A stretch of 64,000 nt of DNA from the NCBI GenBank assembly GCA_029717555.1, contig JAMDHS010000024.1, positions 62,001 through 126,000 of the forward strand. Direction: 5' to 3'. A program made the translations under genes and the position numbers. This document shows positions 49,137 through 61,579 of the stretch, in pieces. Numbering within the stretch: position 1 is the stretch's first letter; every line of letters begins with the position of its first letter. Origin of the DNA: Peribolospora baueri (lineage: Eukaryota). The notes under the pieces are model-generated. The model ran no database searches, was not told where the DNA came from, and worked only from the letters and a program-made list of their open reading frames with translations.

Positions 49137-49376
49137 GTTTCCAAGCCTCCGTTGAGAAGAGAGGAGGAGAACGGCGGTCGAGGACGTAGTATATGAGGGT
49201 CCAAGCTGGCCTTCGTTGCTCCTCGATTGACCTCGACTCGCTTCGGCCGAAGTCACATAGTCTCTCGCGTTCTTCTCACGCCTCGGATCCGCTGACATAA
49301 GCCGATTTTGCCCGTGAGCACGACGGACGCTGGTTCGATATCGAGGTGCGCCGCCTCGTCGTCGATGACAAGCACG

Positions 49377-49951
49377 ATGCAAGCGCTGAGCAGGAGAGAG
49401 GAAGAGAAGCTGCTCAAGGAGACAAAGGCAAAGGCGCTCAAGGCTTGTGACGATGTGGTCAAGGGTGGGTGAAGCACCGGCGTACAAGTCGTCGCTCGCT
49501 CGTCCAGCTGAGTCCTTTTCTCTCTTCCTTTCCATCTTGTGTGTCCCTCCCGCCCTCTCCGCATGCGCACTCTTTCTCCCCATCAGCGTTCGCGGCCTGT
49601 TCACAGAACCGGACGGTGTCGATAGCATGGGCGTGCAGGTCAGAGCACAAGGCGATGCAAGAGTGTCTTCTTCACTAGTGAGTTTGACGCGGGAGGGAGG
49701 GGAAGACGCGCCACGCCCTTTCTCAGCGAGCCCCTTCCTTTTATATTTTTATTTTATTTATATTATTTTTTGTTTCCCTTGACCCGTCTCACTCGTCTTT
49801 TCGCATGTCTCCTTCGCCAAATGTGCTGAGCAGTACGGGTCCAGACGCATGGGAACGGACCAAGCTGGAGTACTTGCGAACAAGTCGCCCGTCTCCCACC
49901 TCCGCCTCGGCTGCCCCTTCCGGTGCCTCATCCAAGCCTCTGGCCTCATGA
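49377..49951 (+). CDS. CMC1: Twin CX9C COX assembly protein (Cmc1 family)
   Basis: Three exons: MQALSRREEEKLLKETKAKALKACDDVVKAFAACSQNRTVSIAWACRSEHKAMQECLLHYTGPDAWERTKLEYL...*. Two CX9C motifs. An alternative in-frame ATG lies at 49365. Confidence 0.9.
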
Positions 49952-50250
49952 CCCACGAATCCCCATCTCCAGGTCTCCTTCTGGATACGCGATGCACCAC
50001 GAGAGAAGGATGTGTTTACAATGCCAACGTATACTTTGCCAATCGATAGATTGACCTGACTCAATTCAATGCGCACGTCACCCGATCGCGACAGCGACGA
50101 CAGACCGAACGAAACTAAATGCTTCGAAGGAGAGCTCTCGTGCTTATGCATATGCATTCCTATGAAACTCGCCATCGACCTAAAACGATGGAAGGGAGGA
50201 AGGCGAGAAGAAGGGAACGCAAAGCCGCTCGGTAAGGCGGTGGGCCAAAC

Positions 50251-53110
50251 TTAACCGACGACTTCCTCGGTTTCCTAGTAAAGACGCGAAGACAAGTCCG
50301 ACGGAGCGGGACATCAGTGAGATCTGGAGACGATGAACGGCGTCCCGCTCTTCAGAAGCCAATGGACGCTCGACTCACCTCGAGCACCTCCTCGACCCAC
50401 TCCTCGATCTCTGCGTCGAGCTGGGCCTCTGCCTCCGCGATCCGCTGCGCCGTGTCGAGCTTCGGCTTGCCAAGCCTCTCTCTCTCCGCCTCAACGGCCT
50501 CCTTGGACCTCCTGCGCCAGGCCTGCCACTCCTCGACGAGCCTGCGCCTGTGCGCCTTGAGCTCGGCCGAGACGTTGCTCGCCTCGGCCTGGTCCTCCTC
50601 CTCGAACAAGCGGCTGAACTCCTTCAAGTTGCGTCGCACCGCCTTCTGCTGCTCCTTGCTCAGCAACGTGCGAGGTCGGGGTCGCCAGAGGATCTGCTTG
50701 AATCGGTCCAACACTTGCTTCTGCAACTCTTGGCCTCGGAAATCCCAAACAGCGTAACCGTTCTCCATCTGAACGCGTCAAACGGGGTGACAACCAATCA
50801 GCTCTCCATGTCTACGGCAACGAAAAAAAAAATCCCGCCCCGAGCAACAAGAAACCCACCTGATGCCTCCAGACGCTAGCGCTCGAGCATACGAACCGAC
50901 CAGACGGGTCCCACTCGATGTCCGTCACGCCGTAGTGCTCTCCCGATCCGATCGCCTGCACCCACGCAGCCGCCTCGTCGACGCCGGCCTTGGAAGCCGC
51001 ATCCTTGCCCTCCGCGCCGTAGTCAAGGTCAAACCACTCTAGGTCGCACTTCTGTCCAGAGCCCAACGTGGCCAGGACGACGTGACGACCGCGCGGGGAC
51101 CAATAGATGGTGTTGGAGGTACGGTTGTCAAACTGCTTCAGCAAGCGGAAGTCGCTCTTTTTGTGGTCGAGCGCAAAGAACGAGGCGCTCGTTTTGATCG
51201 TGATGCCTGGAGCAGGGTTGCCGAGATTGGGGTCGTTGCTCGAGATGATCGCGAACCGGTCCCCGCGTGGTTCCCAGCCGAATGCGGTGACGGGGTCCTT
51301 GAGCTCAATGACCTCGACGGGGCAGTCCTTGTCGCGCACACGGAAAATCTCCAGGTTGCAAAAGGTCGTCTTTTTGGTCTTGGTGTGTCGGTCCACTTTT
51401 ACGCACAGGAAGTCGCCCTGGTTCTGCCAGTGAATCTTGCACTGTGTTCCGAAGAAAGTGGCCAGAAAATGAGCATGATCATGTCGGCAGGGAAGGGCCC
51501 AGATAGGCACGGTCACACGCCGCAGGAGTCATCAGGTACTCACGTCGCTGACGCTAAACAAGTTCTTGGAGCGCAAGACGGTTCTGGTCGGGATGCTCAT
51601 CAGCGATACGCGAGCGGGCTGGTTAGCGACCTCTGGCGTCCAGTAGGCAATCATGTTGTCCCTCGGTTTCTTCGCGCCCTTCTTCGGAGCCACACCCGTC
51701 TTCTCCGCCTCCTCCTGCGCCTCCATGACCTCGCGGTCCTTTTCTCCGAACGGGCACCATTCGAAATCGACGACGCCCTCGATCTTTATGCTCTTCTTGT
51801 CCAGGAGACCCATTCCTGGTGTCTCATAGATGCTGATCTGCTGACCCGGCGTTACGCGGCCCACATACTTGTCGTCTCCGCTCCACTTGAGGAAAGGCCA
51901 AGTAAGGTGCATCTTGCGACCATCATCGTGAGCGGGCACAGGGAATGTACGCAACAAGTGGCCGGTACGGACGTCCCAAACCGCTACGCTGTTGCCCTCA
52001 TCCTCGGGGGAGAAAAAGGCTGGGCCCTGGGGCGCGTTATCCGGCACGACGATGGGCTCCTGCGACCAGGTGACAAGGTACTTTTCCGATGGGCTAAAGT
52101 CGATGAGGCGGACGCCTGGGTGGGCGAACCGCATGACCTTCTCCCACGATGTACCGCCCCAGAGAGCGACACCCTGTCGGTGGAACGTGGCGAGGTAGGT
52201 GCCAAGGGGAGACCACTGAACGTACGACTCGGTCCATCTCTGTCGTAGCGCGAGAAAGAATGTTATGGAAGCGAATGAGCTAGGCGCTACGCTGTGGTCT
52301 CCGGATGGATCGCATCAGAGGCTCGAACTGATCCTCACCGTGCGCGAGTAGGCAGTGTCGAGGTTGCCTGTTCGGTTGTGCCAGGCGATCTGGACGTCGT
52401 CGCCGCGGCAAACAACGAGCTGGTCGCGACCGGCTTGATCTGCCAACCAAGAGCGTAGGTGCTCCTACAGCGGATAGACGCGAAGAAATAGAGGAAAAGA
52501 GAAGTTGGTCGGAAAGCCCCGACTTGGCCAGCCCGTCTTCCTTTGGTCGTCCCAGCCCGCACTCACCCTCGGCTTGAACTCTTCCTCGGGAGGCTCGACG
52601 TACTCCTCGTTCACGTTGGCAAGGCGTTCAATGTCAGTGAAGCGGTTCACGCTGAAACGGTGCTTCCTGTCGAAGGCATGGCCGTCCATGACGCGAATGG
52701 CCGCTGCAGCATCCTCGGCCGTGTTCATCTCGATGAAGATGTAGCTGAAACGCGAGGAGAGAGGGGATGGAGGTGAGGAGAGAAAAGGGGCGGAACGAAT
52801 GGGCACAAATGCCAGGCGGTAAGGACGTCGGCTTTTTCGCTCACCCTTTGGACTTTCCGTCCTCGCCATAAGGAATGTTCATGCCCTCGATGTCGACGGG
52901 AATGCCTGCCTGCTTGAACCTCTTCTGGATGCTTTCGAACAGCTTCCTCTGGCGAGAATCGTCGATGACGGGGACGCCATCTATTACGATTACGTTGTCA
53001 AAGCCCTCGTCGAACTGGACGGCGTAGCGGGCCTCGATGTCGGAATAATCAATGTCATCGTCCTCGAGGTGCCCGTTGGCCTCGGCTGGCCGGTCGGAGA
53101 CGGACGGCAT
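50251..53110 (-). CDS. PRT1: Eukaryotic translation initiation factor 3 subunit B
   Basis: DDIDYSDIEARY, RRM (VIVIDGVPVID...GHAFDRKH), WSPLGTYL, WQNQGDFLCVKVDRHTK, FKQILWRPRP and an acidic C-terminus. Confidence 0.97.
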
Positions 53111-53306
53111 GGCGATGCGATGAACGAGAGCGAGCTGGGTTGTCTGGTCTATTGTCTCGTGCGCACAGGTGGCGAGGTAGGATGGTGGAAGCTGAAAGGA
53201 TGCGACCGTTCGCCGCAATGGGTTCTCGTCTTTGTCTGCCCTCGTCCAACTGACCGACTGTCAGCTCGCGACTTCTCAAAAGTGGGAGGAGAGGCGAAAG
53301 TCTGGC

Positions 53307-53317
53307 CTAACCCTAAC
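53307..53317. promoter_or_regulatory. Telomere-repeat box CTAACCCTAAC in the eIF3b/SPB1 divergent promoter
   Basis: Lies within the 329-bp gap between the two start codons. The regulatory role is inferred. Confidence 0.6.
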
Positions 53318-53439
53318 CAGATTTTATTTTCCCACGAGCCGGAAAAAGTCGCCCGCGCTCGAGGTGGGAAAAGTTGGTGGCCGGACTTGACAAGGGGTTG
53401 TTGAGTGGGAGCCACCTTGAAGGGATTCGGAAAGGCAAG

Positions 53440-56400
53440 ATGGGTTATACCAAGAAAACAGGTGAGCAGGAATGCGAGATGGATTGGCCATACGCATACA
53501 CACGCTTCTCCGCCTCCACGGCCAGTCAACCTCGCTGGCCTCTCATTGAGGGGCCTGGCCGAGGTGGAAGACAGAGCAGAGGCGAGCGAGTGAAGGATGA
53601 CGGTCGTTGTACTTTCGGCGGGAGCGTGCCCAGTCCTTCGAATGGATCGGTAGCGCTCACTGCCTTACCCCTTCAACGTGCTTTCTCACTCTTTAGGAAA
53701 GGGTCGTCTCGACAAGTACTATTACCTTGCCAAAGAGCAAGGGTTTCGCGCCCGTTCCGCGTGAGTGTTGCGTTTCCCTCCTTCCCCCGACTGGCGGCAT
53801 GGGCCGTCGCATATCGGTTTCTCTTTGCGTACCGACACGAAGTTGAATGATTGAATGAACGATTTTGTTGTGTTGGAACGGTATAGGTTCAAGATCCTCC
53901 AGCTGAACAAAAAGTACAACTTTTTTGACAAGGCGAGATGCGCTATCGACCTCTGTGCCGCCCCCGGCGGTTGGTTGCAGGTGGCGTCCAAGTACATGCC
54001 AGTGAATAGCGTCATCGTCGGTGAGTAGGTGGATGTGGGTCTCTCGGTCGTGAAGGATCCGACGTTGGCTTACGTGCCTCGGATCGTACTTGCGTATTCC
54101 CTCCCGCCTTTCAGGCGTTGACCTGGTGCCGATCAAGCCCATTCCCAGGGTCGTCACTTTTGCCGAGGACATCACCTCGGGCAAGTGCAGAGAGCGGCTG
54201 AGGGGCGAGTTGAAGAACTGGAAGGCGGACATGTGAGTCGTTCCTCCCTCGATGCGTGGGCGTATGGACGAAGGGCTGATGGAGGGTGTGTGCGCACAGC
54301 GTCATGCACGACGGTGCGCCCAACGTCGGTACTGCGTGGGTTCAAGACGCTTTTGCTCAGGCGGAGCTTGTGCTCATGTCTTTGAAGCTCGCCGTGGAGT
54401 TCCTGGCGCCGGGAGGTAGGTCGGGTGTGGTCGGTCCGGGCGAGGCCTTGCTTGTGTGGTTAACTCAAGCGCGTTCCTCTCGCACTGGCGGCAGGTGTCT
54501 TCATCACCAAGGTCTTCCGCTCCAAAGACTACAACAACCTCATGTGGGTTTTCAACCAGCTCTTCCGCACCGTCGAAGCCACAAAACCGCCTTCGTCTCG
54601 AAACGTTTCCGCGGAGATCTTTGTCGTTTGCCAAGATTTTCTCGCTCCTCAGCGCATCGATCCCAAGTTCCTCGACCCGCGACACGTGTTTAAGGACGTC
54701 GAGCCTCTCGTCGACGCCACGAGCTCGACGGCGGTGAAAGGAACGAGCGCGAACAACGTCCAGGCGAACGTTTTCCAGCCGGAGAAGAAGAGAAGGAAGA
54801 GGGAGGGGTACGAGGAGGGTGACTACATTCTGTTCAAGAGCGTCGGTGCGGCCGAGTTTGTCAACCTCGCTGACCCGGTGAAGGTGCTTGGAAGCGTGAA
54901 TGAGATCACGTTTAAGACGGCCGAGGACAAAGCGTGAGTAGACTTTTTTTCTTCTTCCCGTTCGCTCGTCCTGGGTTGGGAAATTCTTTAAAAGATGCTG
55001 ATCCCCTATCTGGCTCGGCGTGCGCAACCAGGCTGCTCCGATCCGAGTATACGATTGAGGACATTAAGGTCGATTGCGGCGACCTTAAAGTGCTTGGCAA
55101 GGCTGAATTCAAGCGGCTGCTCAAGTGGCGCGTTCACTTGAGAGAAGAAATGGGCTTGGAGGCGAAAAAAGTGGAAAAGGCGGAGGAGGACGTGGTGGAA
55201 AAGGCGGAGGTGGAGGAGATGGACGAGGATGAGATGATGCGACAGGAGGTGCGTTCTCATTTCTTGTTTCCTTTTTGCAGTCGACGGTGCTGACGCTTAA
55301 TGCTCGTTCAACTCGTCTATGCGCAGCTGGAGCGACTGCATGCGGAAGCGGGTGCGAAAGCGCGAAAGGAGCGAAGGCGAAAGAACGAAAAACGGAATCG
55401 GACGGTCCAGCGTATGCAGCTGAAGATGACGACGCCGATGGACATTGGCATGGAGCAGCAGGAGGCCGAGCTGCGCGGAGAGGACTTTTTCGACCTCGGC
55501 GAGGCGGAGAGGCGAGTGCGGGGCGGGACTGGCAAGTTGGGCGAAGAGATGGAGAGCGAGGATGGGGATGAGGAGGAAGAGGAGCAGGCGACGGCGGCGG
55601 CGGCGGACGAAGAGGATAGCGAGGACGAGGGTGGCCGTCTGGCTCGATTGGAGAGCGAGATGGACGGTCTGTACGAGCGGTACCGCGAGCAGCTGGCGGA
55701 GCGGGACGCGAAGCACCGGGCGAAGGAAGCGCGTCGGAAAGACGCGGCTCGAGAAGAGTGGCACGGGATCGGACACGGTGAGGAGGACGAGGAGTCGGAG
55801 AGCGATGGGGAGAGCGAAGGTGGTTGGGAGGTGCAGCAGGCGAGGAAGGCGCGAGAGGACGAGGTGGACACGGACTCGGAATGGGGCTCGGATTCGGAGG
55901 CCGAGGCGGAGGAAGACGAGGGCGAGGCGACGGGGAAACAGCGGGGGTCCATCCTGCGCTCGGCGGGCGTCAAGCGGAAACGGTCGGACGGGGCGACGGA
56001 CGCGGAGGACGAGGAGGGTGACGCCGGCAGGCTGATCACGTCGCTCGAGTCCAAGGCGAGCGCGGCGGCGCGACAGAGCAAAGCGGCGGCTATGTGGTTC
56101 GACAATCCGCTCTTCAAGGACGTTCAGGGCATGGAGGGATTATCTGATGATGATGAGGACGACGACGACGACGACGAGGATGACGACGAGGACGAAGAGG
56201 GAGGAGCGGACATGGAGACGACTGCAAGTGAGGAGGAGGAGGCGGCAGAGGTGAGCGAGGAGGAGGATGATTTCGAGGAGGTTCCTGCGGTGGCGGACGA
56301 GGATGAAGAGGATTGGGATGCGGGGGAGGAGGATCAAGACGCGAAGAAGCGAAGAAGGATCGAAGGTGAGTTGGATGGGAGGAAGGGTTTGGTTGTGTCG

Positions 56401-57131
56401 CCCACGGTGGACGTGACGGACTGACGGGGGGGGCTTCTACGGGAATAACAGACATGGGGCTCGTGACGGCGGAGGCGATGACGCTGGCGCAACAGCTGGT
56501 GAACCGGAAGAAGACCAAGACGGAGCTGGTGAACGAAGGGTTCAACCGGCAGGCGTTCATGGACAAGGACGGGCTGCCGTCGTGGTTCCTGGACGACGAG
56601 GCGAAGCACTACAAGTCGAACATGCCTGTGACTAAGGAGGCGATCGAGGCGTTGCGGGCAAAGCAACGTGCGCTGGACGCGCGACCGATCAAGAAGATTG
56701 CAGAGGCCAAGGCGCGGAAGAAGATGCGGGCGGCGCGACGACTGGCGAGCGCGCAGAAGAAGGCGGAGAATATTAACGAGAACGAGGACCTGACGGAGAA
56801 GGAGAAGGCGGCGAACATCTCCAAGGTGTTGGCCAAGTCGGCGAAGCCGAACAAGAAGAAGGAGACCAAGGTCGTTGTGGCGCGGGGGCCGAGCCGGGGC
56901 ATCAAGGGCCGGCCGAAGGGGGTGAAGGGGAAGTACAAGATGGTGAGTGGCGGCGCACTCGTTGATTCACACTCGCTCTTTCGTTCTCTCACTCTCTCTC
57001 TCGCTCGCTCGCTCGCTCGCTCGCATCGCGTCGCATCGCAGGTGGACCGACGAATGAAAAAGGAGATGCGGGCGCTGAAGCGGATCGCCAAGCGGGACAA
57101 GAAGAAGGGTGGTGGGAAGAAGAAGAATTAG
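53440..57131 (+). CDS. SPB1: AdoMet-dependent rRNA 2'-O-methyltransferase SPB1
   Basis: [74 protein letters not shown] and [16 protein letters not shown]. Confidence 0.97.
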
Positions 57132-57645
57132 TTGTCGAGAAAGAGAAGGAGAGGAGGAGGATGGGCCGAAGCGAATGGGAGCGATGGACGACGGCGTGTC
57201 GGTCTCCATCTCCTCTCCCGTGTACTCTATCTTCTTTCCAATCTTTCCTCCTTCCTTCCTCCTTCCTTCCTTCCTGGCTTAGACCCTCCTCAGCCGAACA
57301 AAAAAGCGTCCGCCGTGGACCACGCCGTGTTTGTGTTTTAGCCGAGCCGGTTGGGAACGACTGCGGCGGTGTGGGGAACGGACGCGGTGTTTGGGCGGGT
57401 TTGTCCCGCGACAGACGATCCGATCCGTCTGCATCTCACTCTCTCACTCATGCAACTCAATCGCTCACTCAGGTCAGTTCCCAAGTTCAACCTTGTCGGC
57501 CGACGAGGCGCTTCGTGCCTGGATGCGCCCCTTTCCAACGGATGATTACGTAAACGGCAGGCACCCGGCACCGCGTGATCGGGCGTACCTGGATCTGGAT
57601 GGCGATCGCTTCGCTTCGGTGGTACTGTTGCTACGCTCGATTCCG

Positions 57646-57690
57646 CTATACCGTGTACATAACATACTATACCGTGTACATAACATACTA
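57646..57690. repeat. Perfect 21-bp tandem duplication (CTATACCGTGTACATAACATA)x2
   Basis: Units at 57646-57666 and 57667-57687, read directly. Confidence 0.95.
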
Positions 57691-58343
57691 CGTGCATGTT
57701 ATGTTGTATGCAATGCGATCGTCGGCTGCCTAGTAGCAGCGGCTCGCAGCTTGCAGTCGGTCGTCGATTCGAGTCGAACCGAGTCGAGTTCCAGAACGAC
57801 ACGGCGATTCGCTCTCGACACATTCGTCCTTCGTTCGTTCATTCGTTCGCTTACTTTGCGTTGCCTGGCCTCCTCGCCTTGCTTTTGTCTTTTCCGCGCT
57901 ACACGCACGCCACCGCCCCTTCGTCCGTCGCTCCGGGACAACGGTGGGTGGGACGTGGTACGCTCTGCTCGGATGCGCAACCGAGGTCAGAGTGAAGCGT
58001 CGGCGGCGAAGGGGGAGGGAGTGAATGGCCCGGCTGGGGCAGGAGTGGAGGCCACCAAGGCGACGCGGTGATGGGCGAGCTAGAGATGCTATCCTACCAC
58101 GTCCTCCTTTCTCTTCTCTTTCTCCATCTCCACCTCTTTCTCCTCGTCGCCCCCGTCCCCCTCAGCGGTCAGCGGCCAGGCACGGCCGACGGTGACCCGA
58201 CGCAGCGGTCCATGGCCTAGACGATTAACGACCACGACGCCGACGCCGTCCTATATACCGCCTCGCTCGTCCCCCATCCCTCTTCGTCTCCTTATTTCGC
58301 CGCACCACCATCGAACCCCCGTTCTACGCTCACCTCGCACCGG

Positions 58344-59947
58344 ATGCCCTTCTCCCAATTCCAACACCGCCGCCCGTTCGACGACCAAGCCCTCCTTCCC
58401 TCCCGCCCAAAGCTCGCCCAGGCCGACGACGTGCTCGTCCTCGAGCGCAGGCAGAGGATCGCCATGGCCTGCACCTACTGTCGCCGTCGGTGAGTTCCCC
58501 TCCAAGCCCTCCAAGCCCCTCCGACCTCCTCTTCATCCCCGCCCCATCCCTTTCGTTTTCCAGCAAGATCAAATGCAACGGCGCGCTCGTCTGCGCAAAC
58601 TGCTACAGGTACGGCCGCGAGTGCGAATACAGCAAGGTGTCCGACGCCGACAATCGCCTGTCCAGGGAGAAGAAGGCCACCGCGCGCGCCCTCAAAGCCT
58701 CCCGTCTCCTCGCTGGCGCCGGTGCTGGTGCCGGTGCCGGCTCTTCCGTCTCCGTCTCCGGTCGATTCGTCCCTTTTGGCCCTCTCCCCATCTACCGTCC
58801 CAGCGCCATCTCCCAACCGCGCGCGAAGGACGAGGACGAGGACAGGGACAACGACAGCGACAAGGATCGACTCCACCGCCACCACCACCGCCGTCCCGTA
58901 CCTCGAGTCGGACGCGCCACCACCGTCGCCGACGCCCGCATTCGCGATCACCTCCGCACCCGCATCAGCCAATCCAGGCGAGGATCGAAGGATGACATCG
59001 CTCTCCTGCCCGCCTACGCACCCGGACCCGGATCCCACTCGCCCCACGACCCACCCTTCGCCTTCTCTGCCCCCGTCGTACCTTCGCAAGCCCTTCGCCC
59101 AGTCCTCGAACCCACTCCATCATCGTCCGACCTCGACCTCCTCCACGTCGCCCTCGGTCTCCCCCGCCACAACGACGATGACGGCTATCTCATCCCCATC
59201 GACCCCTCCGCCGCCAACGCGCCCGGACCGCCCACCCCGGCCACCGCGAGCGGCTTTGTATGGGGCGACCCCATCCCGGACGTTCCCTCCGCGTTCGTAC
59301 ATCCAGCCACCTTGGATTCCGTTTGCATTTTCCTTACCCCTCCCTTCTCCGCTTCCCCTCGTCCTAGGACCATCTCGGCTCCCGTCATCGGCGCACACCA
59401 CGGAGAAGGAGAAGGAGCGGGCCCCGTGTCCTTCTTCGGCTCCGGCTCCGGCTCCGGCACCCTCGGACTCGTCGGCCCGTTAGCCACCGACTCCGCCGAG
59501 GCGAGTCCGGCCACGGCGACCATCGATGACCGCTTCGACAACCACGTCCGGTCCCTCTTCCCTGCTTTCTCCCATGTACATGTCCCCGACTTGGAGCCCT
59601 TTGCTTCTGCCCTTGCCTCGTACCCTGACCGCCAAACGCAGTGTCCGCTCGGCGAGCAGCACGATCGGCTGCAACAATATTATAGTGGCCTGGCGGGGAT
59701 GGGGATGGGAATGGGATTGGGAACGGGAACGGGGATGGCGATGGCGATGACGATGGCGACGGGCATGGGACTGAGCGGAGAAGGCGGATGGACGTACATG
59801 TACGGCCGCGCCTCTACCCCTCCCTCCGCCCCGGCCCTTTCCCCCTACTTCTCCCACCCAGCCCTCGCCGCCCACTTCGCGGCCATCGCGGCGGCTACCG
59901 CGGGCGCAACGTCGGGCGCCTTACCAGCGGCGCAGAGTCAAACGTGA
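58344..59947 (+). CDS. Zn(II)2Cys6 transcription factor
   Basis: After splicing the intron at 58490-58563 the protein reads RIAMACTYCRRRKIKCNGALVCANCYRYGRECEY. TATATA lies at ~58252. Confidence 0.9.
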
Positions 59948-61579
59948 CGTGACCGTTCGTCGTTGCGTTGCGTAGCTTTTCTTTTTCTTCCCTTTCTTTC
60001 GTTCGTTCGTTCATTCTCTTCGTATACCCGCTCGTCAAATCTCCATTCGAGCTGCGCGGTGTAGCGTACCGTAGCGGAGCACGTAATGTGTACACTGCGA
60101 TCCCTTGTTATTATGTTATTTTGTTATTTTTTTTGTTTTGTTTTGTTTTGTTTTTACGGTGAGCAGGCATGTAGCGATGAAGGGCGAGGGCCCTCGGAGG
60201 GCGAGGGCGAGAATCGACGAACAGACGCCTATCGGGTTGGACGTTTGCACGTGTATTGATTGAATGAATGAACCGCGAGATGGGGGAGTGAGTGAGTGAA
60301 CGGACGGATGGACGGATGGTTGCGACGCTCCCGCGCCTACAATCGTACCGTATGTATCGTGTCGTAACCTCCTCGGGGCGGGCGGACGTCGCGTCGCGTC
60401 GCGTCATGTCGCATCGTGTCGTGAGCCGAGGACGACCTCGTGCTTTCTCCGCACCGAACCATGAGTGGTAACAGCTAGCAAAAGGGAGCGTGAGGCAGTG
60501 ATAGAGACGAACAAAGTGAGGGCAAGAAAGGAGGTGGTGAATGTGCCGGACGGAAAAGAGAAGATACAGGTGGACTTTTTGTCTGGCGTTTGCGGGCTAC
60601 TACGACGGTCGCGAAAAGACGGCAAGTTTGGGCCAGGACAGGACGGGTTTGAACGGACCGCGTTATTCCCAAAAGAATGAGCCGTGCCTGACGCCGTATC
60701 GTTCGCCGAGCGGCATGCCCGCGAACTGGCGGCGTGGCAGTTGTAGCGTACGAAGGGTGGATGCCCAAGTGGGTGCATGAAGGGCAGACGCGCTGGCGAT
60801 GGTCGAGAACAGGAACAGTGCCGGCTGGAAAAAAAAGTGTGGAATCGGCAGCAGCTTGGGCCGGAGACTGGAAGGGAAGACGGCCTAAGCCGTGCGAGTC
60901 ATTCAGCGTGGCGGTCCTGATCTACTGCGAACGGAGCAGATTGGTAGTATCGAGTAGCACAGAGGACGAAAAGTCCCCAGGATCGAAACAAAAGACATTG
61001 GCAACGCGCCGTATATAAGCGGTTCTCAATCTCATTGCCTGCATGCGACCAGCCTGACGATTCATTCTTCCCCCATTCGTGAGCACGCGGCCTAGGTACG
61101 AAAGAGGCGAGGAGGAGGTATATCGCCGACTACTTGGAACGACGACCGAATCGGGATAGGAGGAACGAAAAGAATTAAAAAAAAAGGCAAGGCGAAGCGA
61201 GGCGAGGGGAAAGAAGAGATGGCATGGAGCGTATATGTACACGCAAGGGGGATGGCTGATGAACAGCATCAACTAAAAAGACGCACGAAGGCGAAGGAAC
61301 TGACGACCACACGCGCGCGGTGCCAAGGCGGGGACGACGACCATCGCTACGACCACGCAACAAACATACGCGACCGAGCGAGGGGACCAAAGTTACGCAG
61401 GTACGGATTCGGCGGTCCCAACGGTACATAAAAGAGTTAGCTAGTGGCGCTTCCGACGCGCCAGGACGGCGGAAGGACGGAGAAAAAATACTTGGCACGT
61501 GCGCTCGCTGAGCGCAAGTGCAAGGAGCAAAAGACTGATCCCGAGGCCGCGCACGCACGGCCGGACTACGGCCCCCTCC

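Noticed and set aside
50251..53110. Mating-type locus hypothesis (PRT1 lies in the Cryptococcus MAT locus; MND1 is nearby)
   Set aside because: No pheromone, STE3 receptor, STE20/11/12 or homeodomain gene is visible in this window.
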